Origin: Betaproteobacteria bacterium
GTDB lineage: Bacteria > Pseudomonadota > Gammaproteobacteria > Burkholderiales > SG8-39
Assembly: GCA_039931635.1 (NCBI GenBank)
Contig: JBDTRO010000279.1
Coordinates: 1-51,486, forward strand
Direction of reading: 5' to 3'
DNA: 51,486 nt
The position numbers and the translations under genes were made by a program. Numbering within the stretch: the first letter of the stretch is position 1; the number at the start of each line of letters is the position of its first letter. Below are positions 26,552 to 35,833 of the stretch, in pieces. The notes below the pieces were generated by a model. That model did no database searches, was not told the DNA's origin, and saw only the letters and a list, made by a program, of their open reading frames with translations.

Positions 26552-27751
26552 TCAGCTGAAAGCCTGGATCCCGGTCATTGCGCGACCGAGGATCAGGGCG
26601 TGGATGTCGTGCGTGCCTTCGTAGGTGTTGACCACTTCGAGATTGACCAGATGGCGCGCGACGCCGAATTCGTCCGAGATGCCGTTACCGCCCATCATGT
26701 CGCGCGCGAGGCGGGCGATGTCGAGGGATTTGCCGCAGGAGTTGCGCTTGAGGATGGAGGTGATCTCCACCGACGCCGTGCCCTCGTCCTTCATGCGCCC
26801 CAGGCGCAGGCAGCCCTGCAGGCCAAGCGTGATTTCAGTCTGCATGTCGGCGAGTTTTTTCTGGATCAGCTGGTTGGCGGCGAGCGGGCGGCCGAACTGC
26901 TTGCGGTCCAGCACGTACTGGCGCGCGCGGTGCCAGCAGTCTTCCGCCGCCCCCAGCGCGCCCCAGGCGATGCCGTAGCGCGCCGAGTCGAGGCAGGTGA
27001 ACGGGCCTTTCAGTCCGCGCACTTCGGGGAACGCGTTCTCTTCCGGGCAGAACACGCCATCCATCACGATTTCGCCGGTGATGGAGGCGCGCAGGCCTAC
27101 TTTGCCGTGGATCGCAGGAGCACTCAATCCTTTAGATTGTTTTTCCAATACAAAACCTCTAATTGCGCCCTCGTCGTCTTTCGCCCACACCACGAACACG
27201 TCGGCGATCGGCGAATTGGAGATCCACATCTTCGCGCCGCTCAGGCTGTAGCCGCCTTCGACTTTTTTCGCGCGCGTTACCATCGAGGCCGGGTCGGAGC
27301 CGTGGTTGGGCTCGGTAAGGCCGAAGCAGCCGATCCATTCGCCGCTGGCCAGCTTCGGCAGGTACTTCTTCTTCGTCTCCTCGTTGCCGAAAGCGTGGAT
27401 CGGCACCATCACCAGCGACGACTGCACGCTCATCATCGAGCGGTAGCCCGAGTCCACGCGCTCCACCTCGCGCGCGATCAGGCCGTAGCTGACGTAGTTC
27501 AGGCCGGGACCGCCGTATTGCTCCGGGATCGTCGGCCCGAGCAGGCCAAGCGCGCCCATCTCGGGAAAAATCTCGGGATCGGTTTTTTCGTTACGGAACG
27601 CCTGCACGACGCGCGGCGCCAGCTTGTCCTGGCAGTAGGCGCGCGCCGCGTCGCGCACCATGCGCTCGTCGTCCGTCAACTGGTCGTTCAGGAGGAGCGG
27701 GTCCTCCCAGACGAAGCGGGCCTTGGCTTTCTGCTTTTCGGGGGCGTTCAT
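26552..27751 (-). CDS. gcdH: Glutaryl-CoA dehydrogenase
   Basis: Acyl-CoA dehydrogenase with GcdH-typical features ([27 protein letters not shown]..., [28 protein letters not shown]). I prefer ATG 27751 (AGGAG 5 nt upstream) over the tracked GTG 27757. Confidence 0.9.
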   Translation of the reverse strand: MNAPEKQKAKARFVWEDPLLLNDQLTDDERMVRDAARAYCQDKLAPRVVQAFRNEKTDPEIFPEMGALGLLGPTIPEQYGGPGLNYVSYGLIAREVERVDSGYRSMMSVQSSLVMVPIHAFGNEETKKKYLPKLASGEWIGCFGLTEPNHGSDPASMVTRAKKVEGGYSLSGAKMWISNSPIADVFVVWAKDDEGAIRGFVLEKQSKGLSAPAIHGKVGLRASITGEIVMDGVFCPEENAFPEVRGLKGPFTCLDSARYGIAWGALGAAEDCWHRARQYVLDRKQFGRPLAANQLIQKKLADMQTEITLGLQGCLRLGRMKDEGTASVEITSILKRNSCGKSLDIARLARDMMGGNGISDEFGVARHLVNLEVVNTYEGTHDIHALILGRAMTGIQAFS

Positions 27752-27792
27752 CGGCACTCCTGATCGTAGCCAGTCATTCTATCGCCGCGCGG

Positions 27793-27811
27793 ATGCATTC
27801 GCGCAAAGCAT
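27793..27811. promoter_or_regulatory. ATGC-N11-GCAT dyad upstream of gcdH (LysR-type T-N11-A-like site)
   Basis: ATGCattcgcgcaaaGCAT lies 42-60 nt upstream of the gcdH start. No LysR-type gene is adjacent in this window. Confidence 0.3.
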
Positions 27812-28009
27812 GCTCAACTGGCGGCACACAGGATGCTTCGCTGGAGAAGATGTCCTACGAGCCGGATTCCGGGACGGTCATCTAGGTGACGTAGGCTGCA
27901 TTGTGCGGACTCGGCCAGGCTCACGAACCTGCGAACGGACCTTTGTGATGCGCCAGCGGGACGGCAGGGCCGGATTGATTTACCTATCTCTTTTCGAAGC
28001 CATGCATGC

Positions 28010-28044
28010 TTGAGTAATATAAAGTTGTACTTTAGAATACTCAA
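28010..28044 (+). promoter_or_regulatory. AT-rich 35-bp imperfect palindrome containing sigma-70-like -35/-10 hexamers, directly abutting the ATPase start codon
   Basis: TTGAGT (28010..28015), 17 nt, TAGAAT (28033..28038), then 8 nt to ATG 28047 with no SD. The arms TTGAGTAATATAAAGT and ACTTTAGAATACTCAA pair at 14/16 positions around a TGT centre. Confidence 0.5.
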
Positions 28045-28046
28045 TC

Positions 28047-29222
28047 ATGCGCAATGTTCATCGAGAACTTCAACAGGCCGTCACGCTGGCGGCGCGGAGT
28101 TTTCCGGCCGTGGTGCTGACCGGGCCGCGGCGGGCCGGGAAGACCTGGCTGCTGCGCCATTTGCTGCCCAAGGCCAGCTATTTCCTGCTCGAAGACCCGA
28201 CGGTGGTGGCCCGCTTGCGGGCCGATCCGCAGGGCTTTCTCGACGCGCTCAAGACTCCCGCGATTCTGGACGAAGTGCAAAACGTGCCGGAGGTGTTCGC
28301 GCTGGTGCGCGCCCGCATCGACCGGCAGCCGCGGCGGACCGGCCAGTGGTTTCTGACCGGTTCGCAGGAAACGTCGCTGATGCAGGGTGTGACGGAATCC
28401 ATGGCCGGCCGGGCGGCAGTGCTGCAATTGCGCCCGCTGTCAACGCGCGAGAGCGCCAAGGTGAGCCTGCTGCGGGGCGGCTATCCGGAAGCGATCGCGC
28501 GCCCCGGCGCGGCGCGCTTGTGGTTCAGTTCATACGTGCAAACCTATCTCGAGCGCGACGTGCGGGCGGTGACGGCGGTGAGGGACCTTGCGACGTTCCG
28601 GAGATTCCTTGCGCTGGTGGCGAGCCGACACGGGCAGGTGCTCAACAAGACCGACCTCGCCGCGCCGCTGGGCTTGAGTGTGCCGACGATCGCGCAATGG
28701 CTTGGCGTGTTGGAGACCACCGCCCAGGTGTTGATCGTGCCGCCGTTTTACGAGAATCTCGGCAAGCGGCTGATCAAGTCGCCCAAAGTGTATCTGGCCG
28801 ACTCGGGTCTGGCCTGCCACCTGCTGGGCATCGATTCTGCCGCTGAACTGGCGAAGTCGCCATTCCTGGGCGCGCTGTTCGAAGGCTTCATCGCCGCCGA
28901 GATGATCAAGGCCCAAACCAACCGGGGCCGGCGGCCGGAGTTGTACTATTTCCGTGATGAACAGGGGCTGGAGGTCGATTTCATCTTGCCGCAAAAGAGC
29001 GGTTCCGTCGCGCTGGTGGAATGCAAGGCGGCGCGCACCGTGACGCCCGCGATGGCGGCGCCGATGCGGCGGCTGGCGGAGGCGATGAAGAGAAAGCGTC
29101 CCCGCGCAATCCGCGTGGCAATGTCCCTTGTCCACCAAAGCCCGAAAAACCCAGTGGAGACCCAGGCGGTGGCTCCCGGCGTCCGCGCCTGGGCATGGCA
29201 GGATTTCGTCCGCCAACTTTGA
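28047..29222 (+). CDS. AAA+ ATPase of the AAA_14 / DUF4143 type
   Basis: 391 aa. P-loop VVLTGPRRAGKT, ILDEVQNVPEVF (Walker B-like), and a C-terminal DUF4143-like region (...KVYLADSGLACHLLG...GALFEGFIAAEM...YYFRDEQGLEVDFI). Confidence 0.75.
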   Translation: MRNVHRELQQAVTLAARSFPAVVLTGPRRAGKTWLLRHLLPKASYFLLEDPTVVARLRADPQGFLDALKTPAILDEVQNVPEVFALVRARIDRQPRRTGQWFLTGSQETSLMQGVTESMAGRAAVLQLRPLSTRESAKVSLLRGGYPEAIARPGAARLWFSSYVQTYLERDVRAVTAVRDLATFRRFLALVASRHGQVLNKTDLAAPLGLSVPTIAQWLGVLETTAQVLIVPPFYENLGKRLIKSPKVYLADSGLACHLLGIDSAAELAKSPFLGALFEGFIAAEMIKAQTNRGRRPELYYFRDEQGLEVDFILPQKSGSVALVECKAARTVTPAMAAPMRRLAEAMKRKRPRAIRVAMSLVHQSPKNPVETQAVAPGVRAWAWQDFVRQL

Positions 29223-29228
29223 CGCGCC

Positions 29229-30440
29229 TTATCCTTCCACGCGCTCGAGAATCACCGCAAGGCCTTGTCCCACTCCTATGCACAGCGACACCGCGGCGTA
29301 TTTGCCGCCGGTTTCCTTCAACTGGCGTGACACGGTGAGGGCGAGGCGCGCGCCCGAGCAGCCGAGCGGGTGCCCGATGGCGATGGCGCCGCCGTTGGGA
29401 TTGACGCGCGGATCCTTGAAATCCACCTTCATGATCGCCAGGCAGCCCAGCACCTGGCTCGCGAAGGCTTCGTTGATTTCGATAATCTCCATGTCCGTGA
29501 GCGACAGCCCGGCGCGCTCGAGCGCTTTCGGGATCGCAAAGGCCGGACCGACGCCCATGATGCGCGGCTCCACGGCGGCGGAAGCAGCGGCAAGAATCTT
29601 CGCAATCGGCTTCTTGCCGTTCTTCTCGCCCCACCTGCGGCTGGCGATGATCAGGGCAGCAGCTCCGTCGTTCACGCCTGACGCATTGCCGGCCGTCACC
29701 ACGCCGCCTTCGTAAAGAGGCTTGAGCCTGGTGAGCGACTCCATCGTGGAATCGCGGCGCGGATGCTCGTCCTGCATGACGATGGTCGGTGGGGCATCAC
29801 GTTTTTTATTGGGGATTTTTATTTCCAGAATCTCCCCTTTGTAAAAACCTTCCGCCTCCGCCTGCGCGTACTTTTTCTGCGAACCCAGCGCGAACTCATC
29901 CGCCTGCTCGCGCGACACGCCGAATTCCTTCGCCACGTTGTCGCCGGTCTCCGGCATCGCCTGGTCGCCGAACTGTTTCTTGAAGCGCGGATTGGTGAAG
30001 CGCGAGCCGATGGTGGTGTCGTACATCCTCACGTCGCGCGAGTAGGGCGACTCGGCTTTCGCCATCACGAAGGGCGCGCGCGACATGCTCTCCACGCCGC
30101 CCGCGATGTAGAGGTCGCCTTCGCCTGCGGTGATCGCGCGCGCCGCGTCGGTCACGGCCTGCAGGCCCGAAGCGCACAGGCGGTTCACCGTTACGCCCGG
30201 CACCGTGGGCGGCAGCCCCGCCATCAGCGTGGCGAAGCGCGCCACGTTGCGGCAATCCTCGCCGGCCTGCGTGACGCAGCCGAGGATTACGTCGCTGATG
30301 TCTTCGGACCTGACCGCGTTGCGCTTGACCACTTCGGCGATCACTTCGCCGGCCAGGTCGTCCGGGCGCAGGCCCGCGAGCTTGCCCGCGTGCCGGCCGA
30401 TGGGGGAACGCAGTCCGTCATAGATGTAGGCATCGAGCAT
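29229..30440 (-). CDS. Acetyl-CoA C-acyltransferase (3-oxoadipyl-CoA / beta-ketothiolase type)
   Basis: 403 aa. Active-site NRLCASGLQA, with NEAFASQ and GHPLGCSGARL. Confidence 0.9.
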   Translation of the reverse strand: MLDAYIYDGLRSPIGRHAGKLAGLRPDDLAGEVIAEVVKRNAVRSEDISDVILGCVTQAGEDCRNVARFATLMAGLPPTVPGVTVNRLCASGLQAVTDAARAITAGEGDLYIAGGVESMSRAPFVMAKAESPYSRDVRMYDTTIGSRFTNPRFKKQFGDQAMPETGDNVAKEFGVSREQADEFALGSQKKYAQAEAEGFYKGEILEIKIPNKKRDAPPTIVMQDEHPRRDSTMESLTRLKPLYEGGVVTAGNASGVNDGAAALIIASRRWGEKNGKKPIAKILAAASAAVEPRIMGVGPAFAIPKALERAGLSLTDMEIIEINEAFASQVLGCLAIMKVDFKDPRVNPNGGAIAIGHPLGCSGARLALTVSRQLKETGGKYAAVSLCIGVGQGLAVILERVEG

Positions 30441-30461
30441 AGGGGTACCTTTTTTCTGTCT

Positions 30462-31961
30462 CTATGAATCTTTTGAAAGTAAGGAAACGCCGAGCTGAGC
30501 TCTGCGCTTCAGCCACGGGCTGGGCCGGTATCGGGTTTCGCCGTAGAACGAATGCATCGCCTCCAGGATCGCGAGGATCTTCGGCCCGCCCACTGAATCG
30601 CCCATTGCGAGCGGACCGTGCGGATAGCCTAGTCCCAGCACCACGGCGGAGTCCAGGTCTTCTGGCGAAGCGATGCGCTGCTGCACGATGTCGCAGCCGA
30701 TGTTGACGACGTGCGCCACCACGCGCTGCGCGACGAAGCCCGCCGAATCGCGGATCACGGACACGGGCACGCCATCGGAGGCGAGCAGTGCGTGCGCGGC
30801 GTCGCGCACTTCGGGCAGGGTCACGGGTGTCGTCATCAGTGTGCGACGCTTGCTGAAGCCGAAGATCGGATCGACCGCGACCGTGCGCGCCGGGTCGAGC
30901 TTGAGCTGCAGCGCGGTGGTCGTGGCGTCGTGACCGAGCGGCGCGACGAAACAGACAGAATCCGGGCCGGGTCTGGAAACTGTTTTCGCCCCGAGTTTCG
31001 CCAGAAGATCCTTCAATTCGGGAACGCACCAGACCGAACCTAAAGCTTCCGAGGGAATTTTTTGCTCCGGAATTTTCTCGGCAGTCCCGTCCTTGCCATA
31101 TTTGTACCAGCCGCGCGCCGTTTTCCTTCCAAGCAATCCGGCAGCAACGCGCGGATCCGACAGGAAGGAGGGTTGGTATTTCGGCTCACCGTAGTATTGC
31201 GCGTGCATGGACTTCATCACGCCGTGCGCGATGTCGAGGCCGACGAGGTCGAGCAGGCCGAAGGGCCCCAGCCGGAAACCCGCCGCCTCCACGAGAATCC
31301 GGTCGATGGCAGCGACGTCCGCGACGCCTTCCTGCAGCACGCGCAGGCTTTCCGGCACGTAGCCGCGCCCGGCGTGATTGACGATGAAGCCGGGGGTGTC
31401 CTTGCAGCGCACCGGCTTGTGGCCGTAGCGCTTCGCGAGCGCGATCAGCGCGTCGCCCACCCAGGGTTCGGTCAGTTCGCCTTCCACGACTTCGACGATT
31501 TTCATCACCGGGACCGGATTGAAGAAGTGATAGCCCGCGATGCGCCCAGGTCTGGCGCAGGCCGAGGCCATCGCGGTGACTGAAAGAGAGGAGGTGTTGG
31601 AGGCAAGGATGCAATTTTCCGACACCACCGCCTCGAGGGCCTTGAACAATTCCTGTTTTGGACCCAGCAGCTCGACGATGGCCTCGACGACCACGTGGCA
31701 GGGCTTGAGCGCGGCGAGTGAATCGACGATCTCGACGCGCGCCAGCGCCTGGTCCGCGTCGGATTGGAGCACGCGCCCCTTTTGCACCAGTCCGGTGAGC
31801 GTCTTGCCGATGGCGTCCTTCGCCGCCTGCGCCGCGCCGGGCTTGGCATCGAACACCAGCGTGCGCACGCCGCACTGCGCCAGCACCTGCGCGATCCCGC
31901 GCCCCATGGTGCCGCTGCCGGCGACGCCGGCGACCAGATCTTCACGATGGATATCGAGCAT
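30462..31961 (-). CDS. 3-hydroxyacyl-CoA dehydrogenase (long form with duplicated C-terminal domain)
   Basis: 499 aa. NAD-binding VAGSGTMGRGIAQVL, and HFFNPVPVMKIVEVV. Confidence 0.85.
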   Translation of the reverse strand: MLDIHREDLVAGVAGSGTMGRGIAQVLAQCGVRTLVFDAKPGAAQAAKDAIGKTLTGLVQKGRVLQSDADQALARVEIVDSLAALKPCHVVVEAIVELLGPKQELFKALEAVVSENCILASNTSSLSVTAMASACARPGRIAGYHFFNPVPVMKIVEVVEGELTEPWVGDALIALAKRYGHKPVRCKDTPGFIVNHAGRGYVPESLRVLQEGVADVAAIDRILVEAAGFRLGPFGLLDLVGLDIAHGVMKSMHAQYYGEPKYQPSFLSDPRVAAGLLGRKTARGWYKYGKDGTAEKIPEQKIPSEALGSVWCVPELKDLLAKLGAKTVSRPGPDSVCFVAPLGHDATTTALQLKLDPARTVAVDPIFGFSKRRTLMTTPVTLPEVRDAAHALLASDGVPVSVIRDSAGFVAQRVVAHVVNIGCDIVQQRIASPEDLDSAVVLGLGYPHGPLAMGDSVGGPKILAILEAMHSFYGETRYRPSPWLKRRAQLGVSLLSKDS

Positions 31962-32015
31962 GGAAGGCGGATTCTAGAGGATATAATTCCCGAACCACAC
32001 GAGGAGGAGAACTCG

Positions 32016-32972
32016 ATGAAGGTAAACGCGTTGAGCGCGGCACTCTTTGCCGCCTGTACCGTGTTCGCCATTCCGACGTTCGCGCAGAGTTTTCCATCCA
32101 AGCCGATCGTCATGATCTGCCCCTGGCCGGCGGGCGGTTCCACCGACCAGCACCTGCGCGCGTTCGCGCAGATCGCCTCCAAGTACGTCGGCCAGAACAT
32201 CGTGGTCGAGAACAAGCCCGGTGCCGGCGGCATGCTCGGGCCGGGCAACATGGCGAAACTCGCGCCGCCGGACGGCTACACCATTTCCCAGCTGCCGGTC
32301 GGCGCGTTCCGTATCCCGTACATGCAGAAGGTGGACTGGGATCCGCTCAGGGATTTCACCTACATCATCGGCATCACCGGCTACACCTTCGGCATCGTGG
32401 TGAAGTCGGAATCCCAGTTCAAGACGCTGGAGGAAATGATCGCTTTCGCCAAGGCCAATCCCGGCAAGATGAGCTACGGCTCGACGGGCAACGGCACCTC
32501 GCCACACCTGCTGATGGAAGAGCTCGGGCTGAAGACAGGCGTGGAGTTTCTGCATGTGCCATTCAAGGGCAACGCCGATTCGACCCAGGCGCTGCTGGGC
32601 GGCCACATCATGGCGCAGTCAGATGCGACGGGCTGGGGCCGGCAGGTGGATGCCGGCGCCTTCCGCCTGCTGGTCACCTTCGGCGAAAAGCGCACCAAGT
32701 GGAACGCGCCGACCGCCAAGGAGCTGGGCATCGACATCGTGTCGTATTCACCCTACGGGTTCGTCGCGCCGAAGGGCATGGACCCGAAGGTTCAGAGATT
32801 TCTGCACGATGCGTTCAAGAAGGCGCTCGACGATCCGGAGCACATGAAAGTGCTCGCCCAGCTGGACCAGGTGTATTGGTATAAATCCAGCGAGGACTAC
32901 GCCAAGTGGGCCGCGGAGACGTTCAAGGCCGAACGCGCGACGATAGAGCGGGTAGGATTGCTGCTGAAGTAA
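32016..32972 (+). CDS. Tripartite tricarboxylate transporter substrate-binding protein (Bug/TctC family)
   Basis: Internal ATG 32016 with GAGGAGGAG upstream. Signal peptide MKVNALSAALFAACTVFAIPTFAQ, then SFPSKPIVMICPWPAGGSTD and VENKPGAGG, which are Bug hallmarks. Confidence 0.85.
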   Translation: MKVNALSAALFAACTVFAIPTFAQSFPSKPIVMICPWPAGGSTDQHLRAFAQIASKYVGQNIVVENKPGAGGMLGPGNMAKLAPPDGYTISQLPVGAFRIPYMQKVDWDPLRDFTYIIGITGYTFGIVVKSESQFKTLEEMIAFAKANPGKMSYGSTGNGTSPHLLMEELGLKTGVEFLHVPFKGNADSTQALLGGHIMAQSDATGWGRQVDAGAFRLLVTFGEKRTKWNAPTAKELGIDIVSYSPYGFVAPKGMDPKVQRFLHDAFKKALDDPEHMKVLAQLDQVYWYKSSEDYAKWAAETFKAERATIERVGLLLK

Positions 32973-32982
32973 TTCGAAGGGG

Positions 32983-33429
32983 GTGCGCATGAAATATCGC
33001 AAGATTCTCCTCGCGTACAACGGCTCGGTAGAGGGCAAGCGGGCCTTGTTCGAGACCGCCGACCTGGCGGGCTTTCTGAACGCCGAGATGCACTTGCTGG
33101 CGGTGGCAAGCATGCCGCCAAGCCTGTTCCTCACCGAGGGCTTCGTGCCCGAGGAACTGCTGGAGGAAGAAAAGAAACGCACCCGGGCGGTGCTGGACGA
33201 AGGCATCAAGGGCCTCACCGACAAGGGATTCAAGGCTGAAGGGCACCTCGCGGTCGGCGAGCCGGTGGAGGAAATCTGCCGCGCCGCCAAAGAGGTAGGC
33301 GCCGACCTGATCGTGGTCGGCCACAACCAGAGCACCTCCTGGGCGGCTCGCTGGTGGAAGGGGTCGGTCGGGGCTTCGCTGCTGGACTATGCCCCCTGCA
33401 GCATCCTGATTGCCCTATCGAAGGCGTAA
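32983..33429 (+). CDS. Universal stress protein (UspA family)
   Basis: 148 aa: KILLAYNGS...ADLIVVGHNQST...GSVGASLLDYAPCSILI. Confidence 0.8.
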   Translation: MRMKYRKILLAYNGSVEGKRALFETADLAGFLNAEMHLLAVASMPPSLFLTEGFVPEELLEEEKKRTRAVLDEGIKGLTDKGFKAEGHLAVGEPVEEICRAAKEVGADLIVVGHNQSTSWAARWWKGSVGASLLDYAPCSILIALSKA

Positions 33430-33448
33430 TTCAGCGAATAGCGAAAGA

Positions 33449-33474
33449 GCCCGCGCCGGCGGGCTTTTTTGTTT
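33449..33474 (+). terminator. Rho-independent terminator after usp
   Basis: GCCCGC-gccg-GCGGGC (33449..33464) followed by TTTTTTGTTT. Confidence 0.75.
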
Positions 33475-33490
33475 CTACAATCTGTCTCAA

Positions 33491-35833
33491 ATGACGACAT
33501 CTTTCGGCGGGTCGAGCAGCAACATGCGGGGCAGGCTCGAAGACGAGCGCATGCTCAAGGGGCGGGGGCGCTACGTCTCCGACTGGACGCTTCCCAACCA
33601 GGCCTACGGGCATTTCCTGCGCTCGGACCGGCCGCACGCGAAGATCGTGTCGATCGACGCATCCGCGGCGCTGGCGATGCCCGGCGTGATTGCCGTGGTC
33701 ACGGGCGCGGAGCTTGCGGCTGCCGGCTTGAAGCCGATCCCGGCCGCGGCGCCATTCAAGTGGCGCGATGGCTCCGAGCAGCGTCCGGCATTGCGTCCAT
33801 CGCTCGCGCACGAAGTCGTACGGCACGTCGGAGAGCCCGTCGCCCTCATTGTCGCGGCGACAGCGGCGCAGGCGCAGGACGCCGCGGAAGCGGTGGCCGT
33901 GGAGTTCGACGAACTGCCGGCGGTAACCACTGCGACGGCAGCGCTCGCCAAGGGCGCGCCGCAGCTGCATGCGGGTGCGCCCGGAAACCTGGTGCTCGAC
34001 TTCGAAGGCGGCGATGCGGCAGCCACCGCTGCTGCATTCTCGAAAGCGGCCAAGGTCGTGAAGCTGCGCGCCTATCACTCGCGCGTGGTCGGCAATCCGA
34101 TGGAACCGCGCGCCGCGACGGGTTCCTACGATCCCGGGACGGACATGTACTTCCTGCACGGTACGACGCAGGGCGTGGGCCCCATGCGCGGGCAGCTCTC
34201 CACCGTCCTTGGCGTGCCGCCGGAAAAGATTCGCGTCGTGGCCGAGGAAGTGGGCGGCGGATTCGGCGTGCGCTTCAACGCCTATCCGGAGTACGGCGCG
34301 CTGCTCTACGCGGCGAAGAAGCTCGGGCGCCCGGTGAAATGGACCGGCACGCGCTCGGAAGTGTTCCTCGGCGACGAGCAGGCGCGCGACATCTTGCATT
34401 CGGGCGAGATGGCGCTGGACGCGAGCGGCCGGATCCTCGGCATGCGCTTCGATTACCTTTCCAATCTCGGCGCCTACGTTGCCTTTACCGGCGCGGTCGT
34501 CAACACCATCGGCCTGGTGAACGTGAACTGCGGCGTCTACGACGTGCAGGCGGTACACGTGCGCGGGCGGCTCGTGCTCACCAACACCATTCCGACGGCA
34601 GCGTACCGAGGCGCCGGCCGGCCGGTGGCGTCCTACGCGCTCGAGCGCATGGTGGATGAGGCGGCGCGCGAGCTGGGCCTCGATCCGGCCGAGTTCCGCC
34701 GACGCAACATGATCCCGAAGGCGAAGATGCCCTACAAGCTCGTCGGCGGCTTCGAGTACGACTGCGGGGATTTCGAAGGCGTCATGGACAAGGCACTGGC
34801 CGAAATCGGCTGGAACAGCTTCGACGAGCGCAGAAAAAAATCGCGCGCGAACGGCAAGCTGCGCGGCCGCGGCATGGCCACGTACATCGAGATGACCGCG
34901 CCCGGCGGCTTCGCGCCCTACGACCAGGCGCACATTACCTGGGACGAGGACGGCGGCGTCACGCTGCGCACGGCCTCGCATAACCACGGCCAGAGCCACG
35001 AAACCACGTTCGCGCAGGTCGTGTCCGGCGTGCTCGGCATTCCAATGGAAAAAATCCGCCTGCGCACGTCCGAACCCGACTTCAACCTCACGGCGAATCC
35101 AACCGGCGGGTCGCGCACGCTGCATGGCCTGGGCAGCGCGATGTTCCTCGCGTCGCAGGAAATCGTGAAGAACGGCATGGCGCTCGCGGCTGACGCGCTG
35201 GAAAGCGCGCAGATGGATCTGGAGTTTTCGTCGGGGCTCTACAGGATCAAAGGAACGGATAGAAACATCAGCATTTCGGCATTGGCGAAGAAATACCCGG
35301 GCAAGCTTGACCTCGACTACAAGGACCGCCCGAAGGTGCCGGGTACGTTTCCCAACGGTTGCCACGTCTCGGAGGTGGAGATCGACCCGGAGACCGGCGA
35401 ATGCGACATCGTTTCCTATGTTGCCTGCGACGACGCCGGGAACATCATCAACCACCAGGTCGTGGAAGGTCAGATGCAGGGCGGGATCACCCAGGGCGCG
35501 GGCCATATCTTTGCCGAACAGGCGGTTTACGACGCCTCCGGCCAGCTGCTCACCGGCAGCTTCATGGACTACGCCATGCCGCGCGCGGGCCTGGTCGGCG
35601 GGCTGAAGGTGACGGACTTCGCGGTGCCGACGGCCACCAACCCGCTTGGGGCCAAGGGCGTGGGTGAGGGCGGGGTCACGGGCGCCATGCCCTGTCTCAT
35701 GAACGCGGTGCTGGACGCACTGCGCACGGCAGGAGTACAACGTTTCGACATGCCGGCTTCGCCGCAGCGGGTCTGGGCGGCGTTGCGAGCGGCAAAGGAA
35801 GGCAAGCCCGAAGCGCTGGCGATCCAGGAATGA
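33491..35833 (+). CDS. Xanthine dehydrogenase/CODH-family molybdopterin-binding large subunit (form-II CoxL-like, AYRGAGR motif)
   Basis: Internal ATG 33491. RLEDERMLKGRGRYVSD..., GHFLRSDRPHAKI and TAAYRGAGRPVASYALERM are present. 780 aa. No adjacent FeS (CoxS) or FAD (CoxM) subunit genes. Confidence 0.85.
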   Translation: MTTSFGGSSSNMRGRLEDERMLKGRGRYVSDWTLPNQAYGHFLRSDRPHAKIVSIDASAALAMPGVIAVVTGAELAAAGLKPIPAAAPFKWRDGSEQRPALRPSLAHEVVRHVGEPVALIVAATAAQAQDAAEAVAVEFDELPAVTTATAALAKGAPQLHAGAPGNLVLDFEGGDAAATAAAFSKAAKVVKLRAYHSRVVGNPMEPRAATGSYDPGTDMYFLHGTTQGVGPMRGQLSTVLGVPPEKIRVVAEEVGGGFGVRFNAYPEYGALLYAAKKLGRPVKWTGTRSEVFLGDEQARDILHSGEMALDASGRILGMRFDYLSNLGAYVAFTGAVVNTIGLVNVNCGVYDVQAVHVRGRLVLTNTIPTAAYRGAGRPVASYALERMVDEAARELGLDPAEFRRRNMIPKAKMPYKLVGGFEYDCGDFEGVMDKALAEIGWNSFDERRKKSRANGKLRGRGMATYIEMTAPGGFAPYDQAHITWDEDGGVTLRTASHNHGQSHETTFAQVVSGVLGIPMEKIRLRTSEPDFNLTANPTGGSRTLHGLGSAMFLASQEIVKNGMALAADALESAQMDLEFSSGLYRIKGTDRNISISALAKKYPGKLDLDYKDRPKVPGTFPNGCHVSEVEIDPETGECDIVSYVACDDAGNIINHQVVEGQMQGGITQGAGHIFAEQAVYDASGQLLTGSFMDYAMPRAGLVGGLKVTDFAVPTATNPLGAKGVGEGGVTGAMPCLMNAVLDALRTAGVQRFDMPASPQRVWAALRAAKEGKPEALAIQE

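Noticed and set aside
27660-28044. Tracked ORFs 27660..28013 (+) and 27814..28044 (-) in the gcdH / ATPase spacer
   Set aside because: They have no SD, odd composition and no motifs, and they overlap each other and the gcdH 5' end. I treat the region as non-coding, possibly a decayed remnant.
33431-35740. 769-aa ORF on the minus strand, antisense to the CoxL-like gene
   Set aside because: The composition is Arg/Ala/Gly/His-rich and low in information, which is typical of shadow ORFs in high-GC DNA. It has no recognisable motifs. The plus-strand frame has clear family motifs.
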